DNA from: Patescibacteria group bacterium
Lineage (GTDB): Bacteria > Patescibacteriota > Patescibacteriia > 2-02-FULL-49-11
Reading direction: 5' to 3'
Length of the DNA: 64,000 nucleotides
Assembly (NCBI GenBank): GCA_041645165.1
Contig: JBAZQN010000009.1
Location: 4,674 to 68,673 of the forward strand
Position 1 is the stretch's first letter, and the number at the start of each line of letters is the position of its first letter. Below the pieces are notes generated by a model. The model worked only from the letters and a program-made list of their open reading frames with translations, was not told the DNA's origin and did no database searches. The translations under genes and the position numbers were made by a program. Shown here one piece after another: positions 1 to 9,029 of this stretch.

Positions 1-501
1 TCAAGAGTCGTCCGGCTCCCTTTGAATAGAATCGGAGCCATCAACAAAGTCGGACGAGCGCTTGAAGCTTTGGAAAAAGAGCACGGGCGCGAGCCAAGCA
101 TGGAAGAGATCGCCGATAGAATGGAAATGACTTCTTTCGAAGTTGCCGACGTACTCAAAACTTCGGCGCGCCATCTATCATTGGATGAGCCATTCAAAGA
201 GGAAGAAGGGAACAGCTTATTGGCTGTTCTTGAAAGCGATCGCTATGAGCCGCCTGATATGGGATTGACGCAAGAATCTTTAATGCAAGAAATTCAAAAT
301 GTATTAAAGACTCTACCATCCGATAGAGAAGCTGAGATCGTCAAGCTTTATTTCGGGTTGGATGGGGAGCATCTAACCATAGAACAAATTGGTAAGCGTT
401 TTACGCTCACCAGAGAACGGGTACGGCAAATTAAAGAAAAAGCGTTGCGGCGCTTGCGACATCGGTCGCGCTCGGAGCGACTGAGAAAGTATCTAGGTTA
501 A
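1..501 (+). CDS. RNA polymerase sigma-70 factor, RpoD/SigA family (5'-truncated by window edge)
   Basis: Frame is open from base 1 (SRVVRLPLNR...); region 3 (GREPS...SLDEP) and region 4.2 HTH (TRERVRQIKEKALRRLR) are present. Confidence 0.93.
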   Translation, partial: SRVVRLPLNRIGAINKVGRALEALEKEHGREPSMEEIADRMEMTSFEVADVLKTSARHLSLDEPFKEEEGNSLLAVLESDRYEPPDMGLTQESLMQEIQNVLKTLPSDREAEIVKLYFGLDGEHLTIEQIGKRFTLTRERVRQIKEKALRRLRHRSRSERLRKYLG

Positions 502-502
502 A

Positions 503-532
503 AAAGCCCTTATGTATCAACATGAGGGCTTT
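503..532 (+). terminator. Putative intrinsic terminator after the sigma gene
   Basis: aaagcccttatg / catgagggcttt stem directly after the stop codon. Confidence 0.6.
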
Positions 533-648
533 GCACATATAACTATTCGCATGATGCAGAGTATTTACTTATTATTTCAGTGCGGATTGTTGTATTCTCC
601 CATAGTTATTGATATACTACTAATTGCTGTAATACTAATAAAATAAAT

Positions 649-1524
649 ATGCTTAATGACACAAAAAAGATAGAATTGGTTCGGCAGTATGTGGAGAGCG
701 CGAGTTTGAGCCTGCAGGAGGCCAAACAGCTCCTTGAAGACATGACTGGCGTGCACGCGACCAGCCAGGCGCTTGAGAAAGCGCGCGCCGCCGGCGCCAT
801 TCTCTCGTCCTCTGACGGATCTAATGTGATTGAAGGGGTCTTTGACGGCCAGCAAATGGTAGGGCCGGACGGGAAACAGTATTCCATGCCGGCCAATTAC
901 GCATCGAAATCAAAGCTCGTGGAAGGGGATCTGCTGAAACTTACCATCGCGCTCAATGGATCATTTATTTATAAACAGATCGGCCCGGTGGAAAGGAAGC
1001 GGCTGCGGGGGAAACTCATCCAGGAAGAGGAGACAGGGGAGTTTCGCGTGCTTGCCGAAGGGAGATCCTATAAAACGCTCATGGCGTCCATTACGTATTT
1101 TAAAGGGAATGTGGGAGACGATGTGGTCATTCTGGTCCCGCGCGACAAGATTTCCTCATGGGCTGCGGTTGAAAATATTATTTCCGCCGGATCCGGTGAT
1201 TTCCAAGACGAACCAATAGAAGAAGGCAAGGTGGGAGAAAAAGCGCCTCCTAAAGAGCTCAAAGATGAACAGGTGGAAGAAGAGGAAGAAACAGAGGTAG
1301 AAAAAGCGCCTGCAGAACCCAAAGATGAGCAGGAAGAAGAGGAAGAAACAGAGCCGGATGAGCCTAAGCTTGCGCCACCTCCGAAAGAGGAGTTACTATC
1401 AACTGAAGAACCAAAACCCGAACTGAACGCCCCGCAGGTCCCCCCCGCTGTTCCTCTCCAGACACCCGCACCTGCGCCGGTAATCCAGTTTGATGATGAT
1501 AAGGATGAGTTTGAGGAAATCTAA
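649..1524 (+). CDS. Conserved hypothetical protein with acidic, Pro-rich low-complexity tail
   Basis: 291-aa ORF; globular N-half (EGVFDGQQM...PANYASKSKLVEGDLLKLTI...YKQIGP) of a kind I recall from CPR genomes; E/P-rich tail. Confidence 0.8.
   Translation: MLNDTKKIELVRQYVESASLSLQEAKQLLEDMTGVHATSQALEKARAAGAILSSSDGSNVIEGVFDGQQMVGPDGKQYSMPANYASKSKLVEGDLLKLTIALNGSFIYKQIGPVERKRLRGKLIQEEETGEFRVLAEGRSYKTLMASITYFKGNVGDDVVILVPRDKISSWAAVENIISAGSGDFQDEPIEEGKVGEKAPPKELKDEQVEEEEETEVEKAPAEPKDEQEEEEETEPDEPKLAPPPKEELLSTEEPKPELNAPQVPPAVPLQTPAPAPVIQFDDDKDEFEEI
1237..1353 (+). repeat. Two-copy coding tandem repeat (~60 nt; EKAP..E.KDEQ.EEEEETE)
   Basis: gaaaaagcgcct...aaagatga(a/g)cagg...gaagaagaggaagaaacagag at 1237 and 1300. 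Confidence 0.85.
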
Positions 1525-1691
1525 TTCGTAGAAGCCATACACGCCATTACCACGCCACTATACGCCAAATATTTCCCTTAATTATCTCTTCCCTAAGGGG
1601 GGAGAGCTTTTTCAATGTTGTGTATGCGTACTATTCAGGATAAAATTATGCGTGTTAAGGCGTCGTAAAGGCATATAAATGCGATTGAAAT

Positions 1692-3512
1692 ATGTTAGCG
1701 TTATACCGTAAATACCGGCCGGCAAAATTCAGCGAGCTTATCGGCCAGGACATGATCCGCGATACGCTACTCTCGGAAGTGGCCAATAAGATGCTTGCGC
1801 ACGCGTATCTTTTTACTGGTCCTCGGGGATTAGGAAAAACCTCTACCGCGAGGATTTTGGCTGCGGCCGTGAATTGCGAGCGCCTGAAAGACGGAGAGCC
1901 CTGCGGCGAATGCAGTCGTTGTGTCGCGATTAGGGGCGGGAGATATCTCGATCTCATTGAAATCGATGCGGCATCGCAAACGGGCGTGGATAATGTGCGG
2001 GAAAATATCATTGAGAGCGCGCGGTTTATCCCCCAAGCTGGTCCTTATAAAATCTACATTCTTGACGAAGCGCACATGCTTTCCACTTCCGCGTGGAACG
2101 CGCTTTTGAAAACCCTTGAGGAACCTCCTTTAAGCGTCATATTTATTTTTGCGACCACTGAATCGCGCAAAATCCCGGATACCATCCTTTCGCGGTGCCA
2201 GCAATTCAGGTTCCGCCCTGTGGAGCACGAGGTGCTGAAAAAAAGGCTTGTGAGTATTGCCAAGGCCGAATCCATAATAGTTGATGAAGAGGTCTTTGAC
2301 GAAGTTGCGCTGCGCGCGGGCGGCTACGTACGCGATGCTGAATCGCTTCTTGGGCAGCTGTTTTCTTTAGGGGGAAAATCTGTCACGTGGAAGGACGCGC
2401 AGGTTATTTTGGAGCGCTCATCACTGGAGAGTGTTTCTTCTTTCTTAAAAACGCTCCTCAAGGGGGATGCTGAAAATGCGTTTCAGCAGCTGAATGAGCT
2501 TCAAGAGGAGGGTGTGGACGTGCCGCGGTTTACCTTAGACCTCTTGGAGGCGTTGCGCGCCATGCACTACCGCGCGATTACCGAAGACAACCATCCGTTG
2601 TACATCAGGCGCCACGGGAAGGCAGGCATTGCCATGATCGGGGAAATGTTGAAACTCCAGCATGACCAGGCAATATTGCGCAAAGCGTTGGGAATAATCA
2701 TTGACCAGTTGGATAAATCGCGTGAAGTGCCAAGCGACCTTGTGTTAGAAATCATCGCAGGCGATCTTGCGCACCATTTTAGCGTTTCATCCGGCAGCCA
2801 AAGCAACACTCATAACGAGAATGTTAGTGCTCAGTCTGGGTCCTCACCGCTCGGAATGCACAATTTTTCTGCGGACGCGACCAAGCCGCTTGAACGCTTA
2901 AGCCTGTCTGAAACAGGCTTAAGTCCTCGAAAAATTGGCATTCCTTCGCGTCGCATTGAAGCCAGTGAGCAGTTACCTCATAACGAGAATGATCGCACCC
3001 TGCCACCGGTTTCCCCAGCCCCTGTGACAGAACAAAAGGACAGGAGTCAGATAAAAAATATTCCTGCTCCTGCGATTAAAGCGAATATAAAGGAGGCAGT
3101 GGTAGAGCCAATTTCAGAAACATTGGCTGATGAATCAGCTGAATCAAAACTTGAGTCAAAAAAGCATAACCCTGTCGGCATTACCCTTCATAAAGTCAAA
3201 GAATTATGGGAGACAGTCATTGAAAAGGTGCATAAGAAAAATCATGCATTGCCATTCGTCCTTAAATTTGCAGAGCCTCTGGAAGTGCAGGCGAATCAAG
3301 TGCGCCTCGGGTGCAAGTACCAATTCCATCATGACCGGCTCATCAATCATGAAAATCGTCTCATAGTTGAGCAAGCGCTCAGCGAGGTGCTCGGCGCGCC
3401 CACTGTCATCAAAATTGAATTTGTTGCAGCGCCTATTGCATTGCCAAAACCCGAAGATGCTGCGTTTGATAAAATGGTAAATTTATTCGGCGGGAAGGTG
3501 GTGGAGAGGTAA
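1692..3512 (+). CDS. dnaX: DNA polymerase III subunit gamma/tau
   Basis: LYRKYRP, Walker A GPRGLGKTS, Zn-binding cysteines, EIDAAS, DEAH, SRC motif; long linker then a C-terminal domain. Confidence 0.97.
   Translation: MLALYRKYRPAKFSELIGQDMIRDTLLSEVANKMLAHAYLFTGPRGLGKTSTARILAAAVNCERLKDGEPCGECSRCVAIRGGRYLDLIEIDAASQTGVDNVRENIIESARFIPQAGPYKIYILDEAHMLSTSAWNALLKTLEEPPLSVIFIFATTESRKIPDTILSRCQQFRFRPVEHEVLKKRLVSIAKAESIIVDEEVFDEVALRAGGYVRDAESLLGQLFSLGGKSVTWKDAQVILERSSLESVSSFLKTLLKGDAENAFQQLNELQEEGVDVPRFTLDLLEALRAMHYRAITEDNHPLYIRRHGKAGIAMIGEMLKLQHDQAILRKALGIIIDQLDKSREVPSDLVLEIIAGDLAHHFSVSSGSQSNTHNENVSAQSGSSPLGMHNFSADATKPLERLSLSETGLSPRKIGIPSRRIEASEQLPHNENDRTLPPVSPAPVTEQKDRSQIKNIPAPAIKANIKEAVVEPISETLADESAESKLESKKHNPVGITLHKVKELWETVIEKVHKKNHALPFVLKFAEPLEVQANQVRLGCKYQFHHDRLINHENRLIVEQALSEVLGAPTVIKIEFVAAPIALPKPEDAAFDKMVNLFGGKVVER
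2823..2976. mobile_element. ~154-nt MITE-like structured element (family A, copy 1), in frame inside dnaX
   Basis: Ends gttagtgctca...tgagcagttac; flanked by direct repeat ctcataacgagaat (2809-2822 / 2977-2990); core homologous to copies at 3509, 59774 and 62390. Confidence 0.85.
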
Positions 3513-3661
3513 ATGCTCACTTCCAAAATTTAACTTTTAATAGTACGCTTCGGGAACTGACAATTTTATTCGGCGTCGCGATCACACAGCTTGATGCGCC
3601 TTTCCGCCTCAAAAATTGCAATTCCCTCGCGTTCCTTATTTTTTGGGTAGTGAGCAATTTT
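3509..3661. mobile_element. 153-nt MITE-like structured element (family A, copy 2), supplies the dnaX stop codon
   Basis: Ends gtaaatgctcac...gtgagcaatttt; flanks gtggagag / gtggaggg (7/8); core 80/86 identical to 59774-59859. Confidence 0.85.
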
Positions 3662-3720
3662 GTGGAGGGGAGTTGAGGTGAAAACGAAAGTATGATACCG
3701 TGGCTGCGGGCACAGTGTAT

Positions 3721-3791
3721 TCGGGGATCGTCTAATGGTAGGACAGCAGGCTCTGGACCTGCTAATCTTGGTTCGAGTCCAAGTCCCCGAG
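3721..3791 (+). tRNA. tRNA-Gln (anticodon CUG), CCA not encoded
   Basis: Acceptor stem tcgggga/tccccga, D arm, anticodon stem gcagg/cctgc around ctCTGga, T arm cttggTTCGAgtccaag, discriminator G. Confidence 0.96.
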
Positions 3792-3830
3792 ATTAATTTG
3801 AATTATAAAAATCGTAATAAATATATTCCT

Positions 3831-4094
3831 ATGACACGAGAAATGCAAGAAAATAATTCTCGGGAATTCGATTCAGTGCCCACGGCAGTGGATTGGGTAC
3901 GGAGCCAGTTAGGAGAAGCTGGTATATATGGCGGTGATATCACTCTAAATTGTGAAGTAACAGAGGAGGTAAAGAGTGAGCTAAGAAAGATCTTCCATAG
4001 TAAGCCGAGGTGCGCAAAATGTATTGTGACAAATGTAGAGGGCAATCCAAATATGGCGCATATCGAGATAATTCGTGATGAGGATAAAGTGTGA
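3831..4094 (+). CDS. Small hypothetical protein
   Basis: The ORF-track start at 3735 lies inside the tRNA; first plausible ATG after it is 3831. Confidence 0.55.
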   Translation: MTREMQENNSREFDSVPTAVDWVRSQLGEAGIYGGDITLNCEVTEEVKSELRKIFHSKPRCAKCIVTNVEGNPNMAHIEIIRDEDKV

Positions 4095-4124
4095 AAATAA
4101 ATTATAATAAATATAAAGAACGAC

Positions 4125-4403
4125 ATGGCTACAATACATAAAAAAGTCTGGAAAGAATATTTTAAGGAGATCGTCTCTCATAAGAAAAAATTTGAGCTGC
4201 GCCTTGCGGATTTTGAGGTCCGTGAAGGCGATACGTTGGTTCTGGAAGAATGGGACCAGATTAAGAAAAAATATACCGGCAGGAGAGTGGAGGTGACTGC
4301 CACGTATGTCCTCAGGACCAAGGATCTGCACTTCTGGCCGCAAGCAGAAGTTGATAAACATGGGTATCAGGTTATCCAGTTTGAAGCGAAAAAGGGTGCA
4401 TAA
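4125..4403 (+). CDS. ASCH/PUA-like (DUF3850) domain protein
   Basis: H.KK.W.EYF.EI....KKFELR..DF...GDTLVL.EWD....YTGR signature. Confidence 0.85.
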   Translation: MATIHKKVWKEYFKEIVSHKKKFELRLADFEVREGDTLVLEEWDQIKKKYTGRRVEVTATYVLRTKDLHFWPQAEVDKHGYQVIQFEAKKGA

Positions 4404-4452
4404 ATATGTGGCCAAAATGCTGTATGTTGGCCACAATACGAGTTAGAACATT

Positions 4453-4953
4453 ATGAAGAATAAGGGAGCCATTGGGGATATATTAATACGAAAGGCTAAC
4501 AAGGAGGATATTGGCGCCATTGTGCGTCTGAACAGTTTGCTTGCCGATTATCATCACGACCTTGATCCTTACTGGAAGACGGGAAGTCGTGTCAGAAAAT
4601 CGTATAGAAAAATTTTTGTTAAGGAGTTGAGGAGAAGAAACATACGGTATTATGTTGCGGAAGATAAGGGGAGGGTAGTGGGTTACTTCTGTGCGCTTAT
4701 TAAGGCAGCGTCTTCTACGGTGAATACGAAGCACATAGGGCATATCCGGATTGGTTTTGTGCAGAGGGAATATCGCGGCAAAGGCATTGGGCGAGAAGCA
4801 GTCAAGATTTTTTTGGATTGGTTTAAACAGAAAAAGATTCGCTATGTCGAGCTGAATGTTGATGCACGGAATGCCCTGGGAGTGAGCGTATGGAAGCGTT
4901 TTGGGTTTAAAGAATGCATGAAAAGGATGCGGCTTGAATTATCTGGGGAATAG
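4453..4953 (+). CDS. GNAT family N-acetyltransferase
   Basis: Acetyl-CoA motif A FVQREYRGKGIG; LNV...N...W.RFGF. Confidence 0.9.
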   Translation: MKNKGAIGDILIRKANKEDIGAIVRLNSLLADYHHDLDPYWKTGSRVRKSYRKIFVKELRRRNIRYYVAEDKGRVVGYFCALIKAASSTVNTKHIGHIRIGFVQREYRGKGIGREAVKIFLDWFKQKKIRYVELNVDARNALGVSVWKRFGFKECMKRMRLELSGE

Positions 4954-4974
4954 GATATATTATTCTCTATTATC

Positions 4975-5005
4975 ATGTGGCTCATTTGCAGCAAATGAGC
5001 CACAT
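4975..5005. repeat. Perfect palindrome with 15-bp arms
   Basis: atgtggctcatttgc-a-gcaaatgagccacat; related tgtggccaa...ttggccaca at 4407-4435. Confidence 0.85.
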
Positions 5006-5058
5006 TGAGCCTTTCGTAAAACTGCGAAAACTAAGCGTAAAAACTAACCTTATTTTAT

Positions 5059-6630
5059 ATGAGCTTGGCATTTACTAAGCGTTTTTTTATCTCTCTGGGG
5101 ATCATGGCGACTGTTTTGATATTCGTTGTTTTATATAAGACATATACTCCCTCGGGGACGCCAGTGCAACCAAGTCAGACGGATAATGCGGTTAAGCAGT
5201 CCAATAATGGTGTGATTGTTCCTGTTCAAGAAGTACCCCATCCGGTATCCCTGCAGGCGCTGATGGAAAAGGAGTATAACGGCAGCGAGTTGACGCTTGG
5301 CGAGGTGCTGGTGGAAAATGAAGCCTATACCCGTTATTATGTTACCTATAAAAGCGGCGCGCTCACGATATCAGGCATCATGAATATACCGAAAAAAGGC
5401 GGCCCTTTCCCTTTGATTATTCTTAACCATGGGTACATAGATCCCGAGGTATATACGAACGGACGCGGCCTAAAGCGCGAACAGGATTATCTGGCGCGGA
5501 GGGGGTACGCGGTCCTGCATCCCGACTACCGCAATCATGCGGATTCCGATTCCGATCCCGACGCCGAACTGCGGTTCCGTTTGGGCTATACTGAAGATGT
5601 GGTCAATGCGGTGTCTGCGGTAAAGAACTCTTCCCTTGCGGAAATAACAAAAGACCGCATCGGCATGCTTGGGCATTCCATGGGCGGGGGCATCGCGTTG
5701 AATGTGATGGTGGCGCAGCCGGATTTAATCAAGGCGTTTGTGCTGTTCGCGCCTGTCAGCGCCGACGTAAAAGATAATTTTGAAAAGTGGACTTCCCGCA
5801 GACCAGAACTCGCACAACAGTTGATTGCTACGTATGGCTCGTTTGAAACAGCGCCTGAATTTTGGCATAACCTGTCTCCCCTCAATTTCCTTGATCGAGT
5901 GACCGCGCCAGTGGAGATCCACCATGGCACTGCGGATGAGTCAGTGCCTCTTGAGTGGTCTGAAAAGCTCGAGCGCGCGTTTGAGGCGCAGAATAAGGAT
6001 GCGAAACTCTTTACTTATCCGAGAGAGCCGCACGAGTTTATTAATGCGTGGCCTTTGGTGATGGAGCGCACGGTCGTGTTTTTTGACCGTGCTTTGAAGG
6101 GGAACCGGGCGGCGAATACGGAAAAAACACAGGATCGTTTTGTCCCCCCAATCGATAATTGGGAGTCGCGGGTTACGAAAAAGCCATTTGGCATCTATAT
6201 CACACCCGACAATTCTCCCGTTTCCCCGGAGCGGTTTGCCGGTTACCATACAGGCACTGATTTCGAAACATTACCTGATGAGCAGGGAAAAGGCGTGTTA
6301 ATTTATGCGATCTGCAATGGCCCGCTGGTTGCCAAGAGAACCGCATCAGGATACGGGGGTATAGCCGTGCAGCAGTGCGTGTTCCAGGGGGAGACGGTGA
6401 GCGTGGTCTATGGCCATGTGAGGCTTTCAAGTGTTACTATAAATGTAAATGAAACGCTTCGTGCGGGAGACACCCTTGGGGTGCTGGGAAAAGGGTACAG
6501 CAGCGAAACAGACGGGGAAAGGAAACATCTGCATTTAGGGATATACAAGGGAGAGGGGATTAGCATCCTTGGATATGTGCAGAATAGCGAAGAATTAGGC
6601 GGCTGGATAGACGCTACAAAATATTTCTAA
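5059..6630 (+). CDS. Membrane-anchored S9-like alpha/beta hydrolase fused to a C-terminal M23-like peptidase domain
   Basis: N-terminal TM helix; GHSMGG nucleophile, HGTADESV, EPHEF; C-terminal HTGTD...YGH...HLH zinc motifs. Confidence 0.85.
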   Translation: MSLAFTKRFFISLGIMATVLIFVVLYKTYTPSGTPVQPSQTDNAVKQSNNGVIVPVQEVPHPVSLQALMEKEYNGSELTLGEVLVENEAYTRYYVTYKSGALTISGIMNIPKKGGPFPLIILNHGYIDPEVYTNGRGLKREQDYLARRGYAVLHPDYRNHADSDSDPDAELRFRLGYTEDVVNAVSAVKNSSLAEITKDRIGMLGHSMGGGIALNVMVAQPDLIKAFVLFAPVSADVKDNFEKWTSRRPELAQQLIATYGSFETAPEFWHNLSPLNFLDRVTAPVEIHHGTADESVPLEWSEKLERAFEAQNKDAKLFTYPREPHEFINAWPLVMERTVVFFDRALKGNRAANTEKTQDRFVPPIDNWESRVTKKPFGIYITPDNSPVSPERFAGYHTGTDFETLPDEQGKGVLIYAICNGPLVAKRTASGYGGIAVQQCVFQGETVSVVYGHVRLSSVTINVNETLRAGDTLGVLGKGYSSETDGERKHLHLGIYKGEGISILGYVQNSEELGGWIDATKYF

Positions 6631-6727
6631 TTGAAAGTTTATCGTGCGATAAGCAATGTGGTACAATAATCCCAAAATTGGGATTGTTTTGTTTTAAATC
6701 GTTCATTAACAAAGAAAGGAATCAAAC

Positions 6728-8206
6728 ATGAAGGTATTGCTTGTGTATCCAGAAATTCCAGACACTTTCTGGAGTTTTAAGTATGCTCTCCCTTTTATAG
6801 GGAAGCGTGCTCTGATGCCACCATTAGGGCTCTTGACGGTGGCAGCGATGTTACCGCCTACATGGGATCGGCGTCTCGTTGATCTCAATGTAACATCACT
6901 CACAGAAATGGATCTTGCGTGGGCTGATTACGCATTTATTAGTGCAATGGTCGTGCAGAGGGAATCAGCCCGTCATTTGATCCATCGATGTAAAGAAGGA
7001 GGACTTAAGGTCGTGGCCGGAGGTCCACTTTTTCGGTGGGAGCATCAGCAGTTTGGAGAGGTTGATCATTTTATATTAGGGGAGGCAGAGGTTACACTTC
7101 CATCGTTTCTAGTGGATCTGGAAAGTGGTGATCCACAACATGTCTACTTTTCTACGGGATTTGCAGCGATGGAAAAGTCCCCAGCTCCTCAGTGGGATTT
7201 GGTTAACTTTAGGTATTATTCGTCAGCGGCTATTCAATTTTCACGTGGATGCCCTTTTGACTGTGAATTCTGTGATATCACTAGTACTTTGGGACGTAAG
7301 CCACGAGTGAAGACTTCTGCTCAAGTTATAACAGAACTAGATAAGTTGCATCGCCTCGGATGGCATGACCCAGTGTTTTTTGTTGATGACAACTTTATTG
7401 GGCCCAAAAGAGCCTGTAAGATGCTCTTATCTGAGCTGATCGTATGGCGGAAAGGTAAGGAGGGCATGCCGTTTAATACCCAGGCATCTCTAAACCTCGC
7501 CGATGACGAAGAACTTATGGACTTGATGGTCAAAGCTGGATTTGACTCCGTTTTTGTGGGTATTGAAACGGTGGATGAAGAAGGACTGAGAGAATGCGGG
7601 AAGCGTCAAAATTTAAAACGCGATCTTCTTCACGATGTTCAAACTATCCAGTCAGCCGGACTCGAGGTCCAAGGTGGATTCATTTGTGGATTTGACCACG
7701 ATGACCATTCGATTTTCGAACGGTTGAAAGATTTTATCCAGAGGAGCGGTATTGTTACTGCAATGGTCGGTCTCCTCCAGGCGCTACCGGGAACTAAACT
7801 CCATAAACGTTTAGCTGAGGAGAAACGTCTTTTAGATGTTACATCTGGGGATAATGTGGATGCCGTTACGAACCTTTATCCGGTTATGGGGCCGGAAGCT
7901 CTCCTTAAAGGGTACAAGGATGTCTTGGCTTTTCTCTATGAGCCAAGGAACTATTACGCTCGTATAAGAGTTTTATTACGAGTTTTAAATCCTCCGAAGG
8001 TTAGGACGCCCTTCGAATGGCGATATGTTACGGCTTTTATTCGTTCTCTTGTTTTCCTTGGAATAGTAGGGAGAGAGCGGGTTTATTATTGGCGGTTGCT
8101 ATTATGGACCGTTTTTAATCGACCCACGTTATTATCACATGCGGTTACGTATATGATCTTTGGCTACCATTTCCGTAAAATTCGCGAAAGGGTAGCCCCT
8201 ACATAG
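6728..8206 (+). CDS. B12-binding domain radical SAM protein (DUF4070-type C-terminus)
   Basis: PPLGLLTVAAMLP, VAGGP...GEAE, SRGCPFDCEFC (CxxxCxxC), FVDDNF. Confidence 0.92.
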   Translation: MKVLLVYPEIPDTFWSFKYALPFIGKRALMPPLGLLTVAAMLPPTWDRRLVDLNVTSLTEMDLAWADYAFISAMVVQRESARHLIHRCKEGGLKVVAGGPLFRWEHQQFGEVDHFILGEAEVTLPSFLVDLESGDPQHVYFSTGFAAMEKSPAPQWDLVNFRYYSSAAIQFSRGCPFDCEFCDITSTLGRKPRVKTSAQVITELDKLHRLGWHDPVFFVDDNFIGPKRACKMLLSELIVWRKGKEGMPFNTQASLNLADDEELMDLMVKAGFDSVFVGIETVDEEGLRECGKRQNLKRDLLHDVQTIQSAGLEVQGGFICGFDHDDHSIFERLKDFIQRSGIVTAMVGLLQALPGTKLHKRLAEEKRLLDVTSGDNVDAVTNLYPVMGPEALLKGYKDVLAFLYEPRNYYARIRVLLRVLNPPKVRTPFEWRYVTAFIRSLVFLGIVGRERVYYWRLLLWTVFNRPTLLSHAVTYMIFGYHFRKIRERVAPT

Positions 8207-8209
8207 ATT

Positions 8210-8241
8210 AAAGGCAGGCTGCTATATGTGACCTGCCTTTT
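8210..8241 (+). terminator. Putative intrinsic terminator
   Basis: aaaggcagg...cctgcctttt after the stop codon. Confidence 0.65.
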
Positions 8242-8273
8242 AAAATTGCTACAGATATGGCATAGTTATATAT

Positions 8274-9029
8274 ATGTCCATCTACTATAACCCTAAACGC
8301 GTGAAGAATTTATTTGACCCTGTTTCGCAGGAGCCGTTTCGGTTGAGCCGATCGAAAATTGAGCTCTTCATGAATTGTCCGCGGTGTTTCTATCTTGATC
8401 GGCGGTTAGGGATTTCCCAGCCGCCGTCTTTTCCGTTTTCCCTGAATTCCGCGGTTGATACATTATTGAAAAAAGAGTTCGATATCCACCGCGCGCATGG
8501 CACCGCGCATCCGCTCATGAAGGTCTATGGCATTGACGCGGTTCCTTTGCCGCACGAGAAGATTGAGGAGTGGCGCGATGCGCTGCGCAGAGGCATTACG
8601 TACCATCATACTGCCACCAATTTTATCGTCACTGGCGGCATTGATGACCTCTGGGTGAATGCAAAGGGCGAGCTTCATGTGGTGGATTATAAAAGCACCT
8701 CAAAAGAGCAGGAGGTGAATATTGATGCGGAGTGGCAGATCAGCTACAAGCGCCAAATGGAGATATACCAATGGCTTTTCAGGAAAAATGGGTTCAAAGT
8801 TTCTTCCACAGGATATTTTGTTTATTGCAATGGGATTACTGACCGCAAGGCGTTTGACGGCAAGCTGGAGTTTGACGTGAAATTAATCCCTTATGAAGGG
8901 GGCGATGCGTGGATAGAGGATACGCTTGGAGATATTGCGCAATGTTTAAAGCAAAACTCACTCCCGAAGCCGGGGAGAGAATGCGATTATTGCGGATATC
9001 GCCTAAACGCCGCAGAATATGAGAAATAA
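8274..9029 (+). CDS. PD-(D/E)XK nuclease superfamily protein (AddB/Cas4-like, probable Fe-S staple)
   Basis: LSRS....F..CPRC, G.IDD....VVDYKS, QMEIY, C-terminal CDYC. Confidence 0.88.
   Translation: MSIYYNPKRVKNLFDPVSQEPFRLSRSKIELFMNCPRCFYLDRRLGISQPPSFPFSLNSAVDTLLKKEFDIHRAHGTAHPLMKVYGIDAVPLPHEKIEEWRDALRRGITYHHTATNFIVTGGIDDLWVNAKGELHVVDYKSTSKEQEVNIDAEWQISYKRQMEIYQWLFRKNGFKVSSTGYFVYCNGITDRKAFDGKLEFDVKLIPYEGGDAWIEDTLGDIAQCLKQNSLPKPGRECDYCGYRLNAAEYEK

Noticed and set aside
3509-3661. 6S RNA gene
   Set aside because: A long hairpin with an internal bubble is superficially similar, but four copies, TIRs, target-like repeats and an intragenic copy argue for a mobile repeat; an Rfam search would settle it
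3735-3830. ORF-track N-terminal extensions (3735, 17005, 27165, 41332, 43223, 48725) and most antisense ORFs
   Set aside because: They overlap a tRNA or repeats, or are shadows of well-supported genes
8274-9029. CRISPR-Cas locus (Cas4-like nuclease, Cas2-like domain at 45411)
   Set aside because: No repeat-spacer array and no cas1 or effector genes; both folds commonly occur alone
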